A stretch of DNA of 44,524 bases. Source: Thermoplasmata archaeon (lineage in GTDB: Archaea > Thermoplasmatota > Thermoplasmata > Thermoplasmatales > ARK-15). Below, piece after piece: positions 38,591 to 44,524 of this stretch. How positions within the stretch are numbered: the first letter of the stretch is position 1; each line of letters starts with the position of its first letter. The notes beneath the pieces were generated by a model. The model made no database searches. It was not told the origin of the DNA and saw nothing but the letters and a program-made list of their open reading frames with translations. The translations under genes were made by a program, and so were the position numbers. Location: the NCBI GenBank assembly GCA_039794005.1, contig JBAMMA010000005.1, forward strand, positions 1-44,524. Reading direction: 5' to 3'.

Positions 38591-41539
38591 TTATTTTTTA
38601 GTTTGCTGTTTTACATTTTGGTTTAGTTTTTTGCCCGTTGTAAATTTCCAGCCAACAATGGCAACAACGATTATTATTATGATTATTGATGATATTATAA
38701 CTGGTAATTTCCAAGACGCCTCTGAAACGGGTACTATCTTCGTTTGAACGTTGTCACCGAGGTACATCTTTGGTTCTTCTGGAGTATATGCAACGAATTT
38801 TAAGGTATAGTTTCCCGCTGATGGAGGAGTCCATGATATCTTTACCAATTGTGTGTTATTTTCCATTAAGTTTGTAAATGTTAAGTTAACAACAACCTTA
38901 TTGTTTACATATAGTGCAACGTTGTAAGTTGATGCAGGTGCATTTCCGGTATTTGTAACATTCACATAGAATATTCCCTTTGATCCTTCTGTGAAGTTTC
39001 CATGCCATGTAACATTATCAATTATCAAATCCGGTGCGACCGGTACAACGGTAAGATTTCTATATGTTGTATTGTAATTTCCAGATTTATCGCTTACATT
39101 TAATATTATCTGGTAGGTTCCGTATTCTGTGAATTTTAATGTGACAGTTGGTGAAGTCAGGTTTCCAGAAACAATCGTATAATTTGATCCTGGCATTAAT
39201 ATCTTGTTTTCAGACTTTATTGTCCAGTTATACATTACAATTGTTCCATTCTGTGGATCATATGTTCCATTTGAAGATAATGTGATATTATTATTCTGCA
39301 ATATCTGACTAACAGATTTTCCGGTTGAATTTAAGAATGTTATTAAAGGTATTGGTTTTAATATATCTTTAACGAATACAGGAATTGAAACCGTTACAGA
39401 ATTATTTACTTGGTCTGAATAGGTTACGTTTATCCAATCAAGTTTGTTCCTTGTTGGATATCCAAATGTATAGGTTATTGAATTTCCACTGTATTTTGTT
39501 CCATCTATATTCCAAATAACATATGTTGGAGAATTCGATTTTATCTGTCCATTTAAAGTATCCTGAATATCTGTTGCTTTCAGTTCAAGCTGCGTCTCCT
39601 CATCTACTTTAATCTCAGGTAAAGTAACCTTGTAATCTGTAATGGAAATTGAATTCGTACTATTTCCATATATATAATACAATGTATTGTTAATATAATA
39701 TACATTCCAGGAAATAACAGTTGAACTGTTTGACAGTATTGAAATCTGGGAATTTGATGATGGATAAGCTCCATCTGAATATATAATTATGTTTGTTGAA
39801 TTTGTGTTATTTCCAACATCAGTTACCTTTAGATAGAGCTTATGTATTCCAGGGCTGAATATATATGTTAAATTGCTGTCGCCAACGCCATTTAAAACGT
39901 TATTTCCATCGACTGTCCAGTTAAATATCATCTGTTTCCATGTGTACCACTGCCTGACCATATCAATAGGCATGTTGCTAACGTTTATTGAAACATTTTT
40001 ATTTGAAGGTATGATTATTGTGAAGTTTGTTGAAGAGGAATTTATAATATAATTTCTATCCGTAATGATATTATTCCAATAGAGATTTATGGTTGATTGA
40101 GACAATATCAATTCTGGAGATTTTCTTAATTTCAGAATCAGATTAACATAAGGAGCTTTTGAATTGTATATGCTTATTGTGTTTATATATCCTGAATATT
40201 GTGCATTTGATATATTGTTGGATAATTCATACTGTGATGGAATATTAACATAGTAATTATAAACGTTATATGAACCATAGTAATTGTTTATTGAAGTATT
40301 CAAGGTAATCGGAATTCCACCATTTGATTTATTCAAAGATGCTATATTAATAGATGAGTTATAATAAACTGCGCTCAATGTAACCGTGAATCCCTGATAG
40401 TTTATCACAAATGGCATCACCGAGGAAGATATTTTTGAATATACATAATTGTTAACTTCAATCATGTTTAGCGTATAATAATTTAAGGAATTCTCTAAAA
40501 ACTGTTGTAAATTCAATGAATTGAAATTATTTTCCATCATTTGATAATACAATATATCTGAATCTGAAAATGGTAAGGCTTTAAAAATAGTCTTATTGTT
40601 GATTGTTATTGTCTCGTTGAAATATATATATTTGAAGTCGTTAGAAAATGTGTAATAATAATTATAATATGTTTTTACAGGGTTTAATTCTATGCTTGAA
40701 TATCCTGGATTCATTATCTGTGCAACGGAATATCCATCAGATGTAACATACATCTGATAATTTCCACTAATGAAGAAATTATATATTCCTGAAGAATATT
40801 TTATTACAAAAACCAAACTGTTATTTGATACGAAATCAACATATGTATTTTGTGAAATTAAATTTCCATTTGATGCATTTTCAACAGTTCCAAAATAGTG
40901 TGTGAAGGTGGATAAATCGACACTTCCAGAATACGGTGGATTTACCATGAAATAATAATCGTTAATGGCTCCTCCACTATTATTTGTGATTTTTATCATA
41001 ATATTTGTTGGTGGTGCATTAAATGTTATGTTGCCCATGATTCCAGTATATCCTGTGAAGAATATCAACGAAGATCCGAAGTATGCAGATACCTTTGTGT
41101 GATTAATGGGCATTCCATTGTATGTTATATTAAGTTGAACTTTCTGATTTATTGGATATCTATATACATTAATGCTCGAAATATTAGCACCAGATGATGT
41201 TATTGTTACAGGTACGTTGGAGATCTCATAAATGTAATTTCCAACTTCTTGTGGATTTACCCTCAATATATAATTTCCTATGGAAATATTTGAAAATGAA
41301 ACTACTGGATTCGATGTCTGTGTACTTATAACATTACCTGAATAATCCAAAAGTTCTACATTGAGGCCATTAACATAACCACTTTCACCAGTAATTAAAT
41401 CATGATAAACTACAGCCACATTAAGCGTGCCTTTTTGCACACTCGCCTTTACATTACCGGTAGTAAGCATAAAACCTCCTACCAGTAATGAGAATACCAG
41501 AGCAAACACTATCGCTTTTTTAATAACCAATGTTTTCAA
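38591..41539 (-). CDS. Large membrane-anchored surface glycoprotein with PKD-like and CARDB-like domains
   Basis: Signal peptide, Asn/Ser/Thr-rich beta repeats, YDPQNGTIVMYNW (PKD-like), PDLII...VTNTG (CARDB-like), C-terminal TM plus basic tail. Confidence 0.85.
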   Translation of the reverse strand: MKTLVIKKAIVFALVFSLLVGGFMLTTGNVKASVQKGTLNVAVVYHDLITGESGYVNGLNVELLDYSGNVISTQTSNPVVSFSNISIGNYILRVNPQEVGNYIYEISNVPVTITSSGANISSINVYRYPINQKVQLNITYNGMPINHTKVSAYFGSSLIFFTGYTGIMGNITFNAPPTNIMIKITNNSGGAINDYYFMVNPPYSGSVDLSTFTHYFGTVENASNGNLISQNTYVDFVSNNSLVFVIKYSSGIYNFFISGNYQMYVTSDGYSVAQIMNPGYSSIELNPVKTYYNYYYTFSNDFKYIYFNETITINNKTIFKALPFSDSDILYYQMMENNFNSLNLQQFLENSLNYYTLNMIEVNNYVYSKISSSVMPFVINYQGFTVTLSAVYYNSSINIASLNKSNGGIPITLNTSINNYYGSYNVYNYYVNIPSQYELSNNISNAQYSGYINTISIYNSKAPYVNLILKLRKSPELILSQSTINLYWNNIITDRNYIINSSSTNFTIIIPSNKNVSINVSNMPIDMVRQWYTWKQMIFNWTVDGNNVLNGVGDSNLTYIFSPGIHKLYLKVTDVGNNTNSTNIIIYSDGAYPSSNSQISILSNSSTVISWNVYYINNTLYYIYGNSTNSISITDYKVTLPEIKVDEETQLELKATDIQDTLNGQIKSNSPTYVIWNIDGTKYSGNSITYTFGYPTRNKLDWINVTYSDQVNNSVTVSIPVFVKDILKPIPLITFLNSTGKSVSQILQNNNITLSSNGTYDPQNGTIVMYNWTIKSENKILMPGSNYTIVSGNLTSPTVTLKFTEYGTYQIILNVSDKSGNYNTTYRNLTVVPVAPDLIIDNVTWHGNFTEGSKGIFYVNVTNTGNAPASTYNVALYVNNKVVVNLTFTNLMENNTQLVKISWTPPSAGNYTLKFVAYTPEEPKMYLGDNVQTKIVPVSEASWKLPVIISSIIIIIIVVAIVGWKFTTGKKLNQNVKQQTKK

Positions 41540-41713
41540 ATATCATCCCTCCACTTTTATACAAGGGAATTTAAATTGGATAAATTCATCATTATTAAAT
41601 ATTTTTTGGTATTTTGATTTTTATTTCAAATTTATTTAAAATTAAAAATTGATCTTTTAGTTTAGATGAGGAAAAAATATTTAATAATAGATTAAATTAA
41701 AAAATTGATTAAA

Positions 41714-42688
41714 ATGGAGGATATTTGGGTAGAAAAATATAGGCCCGTAAAATTGGACGACATTGTAGGTCAAAACCTTATAGTTGAAAGGTTAAAGGCC
41801 TATGCTAAAGAAAAAAACATGCCACATTTACTTTTTGCCGGGCCACCCGGAACTGGTAAAACAACAAGCGCTATAGCACTCGCAATTGCATTATATGGAG
41901 AAGACTGGAAAAACAACTTTCATGAATTAAACGCTAGTGATGAAAGGGGTATAGACGTGGTAAGGACTCAAATAAAAGACTTTGCGAGAACCGCTCCTGC
42001 AGGAGATGTTCCTTTTAAGATAATATTTCTTGATGAAGCTGATCATCTTACTGCTGATGCCCAGGCTGCCCTGAGGAGAACTATGGAAAAATATTCAAAG
42101 ACTTGCAGATTTATATTGTCATGCAACTATTCATCTAAAATAATAGAGCCTATACAATCAAGAACAAGCGTTTTCAGGTTTAGAGCATTGACTGAGGATG
42201 AAGTCATTCAAAGATTGAAATACATTGCACAGAATGAAAAAATAATGGTTGATATGGATGCGTATAAGGCAATATATGCAATCACAAATGGAGACATGAG
42301 AAAAGCAATAAATTTACTCCAGGCAGCTGCATCAATGGGTAAGGAGATAACTGCAGATCTAATATACAAGGCATCAGGTCTTCCAAGCAGGGAAATGATA
42401 AGAAACCTTTTGGAAAAATCTCTGATTGAGGGGGATTTTCTTGGAGCAAGGGATTTTCTGACAAAAATGGTAACAGAGAATGGATTTTCATCTGAGGATA
42501 TAGTCAAGCAGATACACTCAGAATTGTTCAGGATGAACATTCCCGAGGACATCTTGATAGAAATAATTGACAAGTTGGCCGAAGTGAATTTTATGATATC
42601 TGAGGGTGCAGATGATAGAATAAACATGGATGCTCTCATTGCAAAGCTTGTTTTATATTCAAGAAGATTGAACAATAAAAATGTTTAA
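41714..42688 (+). CDS. rfcS: Replication factor C small subunit (no intein)
   Basis: WVEKYRP, GPPGTGKT, ELNASDERG, LDEAD, GDMRKAIN. Confidence 0.97.
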   Translation: MEDIWVEKYRPVKLDDIVGQNLIVERLKAYAKEKNMPHLLFAGPPGTGKTTSAIALAIALYGEDWKNNFHELNASDERGIDVVRTQIKDFARTAPAGDVPFKIIFLDEADHLTADAQAALRRTMEKYSKTCRFILSCNYSSKIIEPIQSRTSVFRFRALTEDEVIQRLKYIAQNEKIMVDMDAYKAIYAITNGDMRKAINLLQAAASMGKEITADLIYKASGLPSREMIRNLLEKSLIEGDFLGARDFLTKMVTENGFSSEDIVKQIHSELFRMNIPEDILIEIIDKLAEVNFMISEGADDRINMDALIAKLVLYSRRLNNKNV

Positions 42689-42744
42689 ATTTAAAATTCA
42701 AAATCTATAAATATAGAATCTCCATAATGATATAATAGTATAAA

Positions 42745-42817
42745 GCCGCCGTAGCTTAGCCGGTGGAGCGCCCGGCTGTTAACCGGGAGGTCGTCGGTTC
42801 GAACCCGACCGGCGGCG
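42745..42817 (+). tRNA. tRNA-Asn(GUU)
   Basis: Acceptor GCCGCCG/CGGCGGC, anticodon arm CCCGG-CTGTTAA-CCGGG; followed by a T-run. Confidence 0.95.
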
Positions 42818-44257
42818 CCTTTTTCCAATTATTTTGAAGATATTTGGGGTATCTCTGTCTATTAATTTTTATTATTTCCAATATCATCTCAAAAAATTGC
42901 CATTTCAGATCACGGTGTTCATGTAACCTTTATAAATGACATTACAGACATCTTCAGCCTATGAATCCATATGCACATATTTTATACAAGTTTTAAAAAT
43001 TTTTTAAAGAAATTTAATTGTTTGTATTATCTGCGAGATATTCTATTTCAAAAACTATTATCATCAATTACGGGAAGAAAATTGAATTTTATGAATGTTC
43101 ATAATGGTTTGTGTCTCTCTGACATTTTCATTTATGTTTATTTTTATACCTCTTAAAGCTATTTCTTTAACCTTCATATCTGCAAAAATTGGTGTATTGA
43201 ATTACAATATGTTTTCTTAGACATTTTTCTTTTTGGAATCCGAAACTGTAAATGGAATAATCCTGGAAATGAAATATGATGTGGCCAATATTTTCTCTGT
43301 GGTAAAAATATAAGTATAATGATGATTGTAAGAGCAAATATAAGAATCATATAAATATTATTGGATATGAATATCTGAACACATCCATATTTAATTCCAA
43401 GAAATTTATGAAATAAAGGTGCAATTATCTCTATTTTGTTGTTTAGAATAGAATATGATGTAATTCAGAATGGATCGAATGATCCCTTATAATATCAAAA
43501 GATTGGACCAAAGACAACAAAAAACTCGATTATTAATATCCTATGGCCAATGTTATTAAACTGAAATTTATTTTTTCTAAATAAATATTTATCTTATAAG
43601 GGATTTTATTACAAAAAATTGTTTTTCTTATATGGCATTGAATATTGTAGCTATTTTCCATAACGATCTACTGGTTAATCATTATGAATAACAACTTTTT
43701 ATTTTTTCACAAAGAGATGTTATATAGAATTACATTATCTTTGAATTTACCTTACATACAAATTTTTTGCCTTAAATGCTTAATATGCTTTATCTCTTCT
43801 GGTTTTAAAAATTTCTTATTTTAATGTAAGTATTCTTTCTGTATGTACATTTATTTATTCGATTTATTATAACTTATATTCTCAAAACATTAGTCTAGAA
43901 TTCTCTTCTATCCTCCATGAATTGTTTTGAAGTTCTAATTGGCTATCTATCATAGAAAGCTTAAGCTAAATATTCCTGAGCATTAGCTATTATAGAAAAA
44001 CATATTAACAAATCTTTTCTATGGAGAATTTCTTTTATCTTTTCTCTAAAAGTCTGATTATCATAATTTCTTTAAATTTCTAACATTACTATAGATTAAA
44101 ATAATTTATGAATTATATGAATTACGAAATTCGTAACATAAAAATTATATATTTTTAATTATATATAATATTTTTTTTATTTCAATATTTATATTTACTA
44201 ATAGCTTGAAACTAAGAAATAATGCAGAATGTAACAAACGTTATTAAAATTTCCTTT

Positions 44258-44524
44258 TCTACATACTCACTAGTACTTCGGAACCTACACTAATATAGAG
44301 GATTTACTTACTGCTGTATATAAGCTTCCATACTCACTAGTACTTCGGAACCTTTTTTATATTTATTTTTTGATAAAAATGGATTAATAGATGTTAGCTT
44401 CCATACTCACTAGTACTTCGGAACCCTGAATCAGAATTCATCATTAAAAACTATTATTGGTTTTATCACTTACTTCCATACTCACTAGTACTTCGGAACC
44501 CGTTTTTCAAAATTAAATGGAAAA
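44258..44524 (-). CRISPR. CRISPR array, trailer end (truncated by window edge)
   Basis: 28-bp repeat CTTCCATACTCACTAGTACTTCGGAACC at 44325, 44398 and 44473, plus a degenerate copy at 44258. Spacers are 39, 45 and 47 bp, with a partial fourth. The minus-strand repeat begins GGTT and ends ATGGAAG, which gives the orientation. Confidence 0.95.

Noticed and set aside
41714-42688. Intein in RFC small subunit; introns in tRNAs
   Set aside because: RFC has normal length with a contiguous Walker A motif, and all five tRNAs fold without insertions.
42971-43156. 61-aa + strand ORF
   Set aside because: No motifs, and it lies in an eroded AT-rich region.

Overview
AT-rich archaeal chromosome segment, most consistent with Thermoplasmatota (Aciduliprofundum/Thermoplasmata-like). 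The taxon is inferred from gene content, not from a search. The window is mostly housekeeping: topA, PCNA, ATP-dependent ligase, RFC small subunit, argS, the rpl44e-rps27e-aIF2alpha-nop10-PAC2 operon, fhs/ftcd/gcvH/guaAA, ubiD/ubiA, tldD/tldE, five intronless tRNAs and a large surface protein. It ends in the trailer end of a CRISPR array with no cas genes in view. The best observations not captured by the ORF track are these. (1) A GC-rich three-hairpin RNA at 5661-5852 with box H/ACA geometry, whose pockets fit 23S rRNA U1915 and probably U2511 (E. coli numbering). (2) A CBS4-HPF ribosome-hibernation-type gene in a Zn-finger/TldD/TldE operon directly downstream. (3) A hemerythrin-like gene split at an A_AAU_UUU slippery heptamer. 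(4) An arcadin-1-like protein. (5) An orphan encapsulated-ferritin-like gene. No clearly new multi-gene system can be demonstrated from sequence alone.
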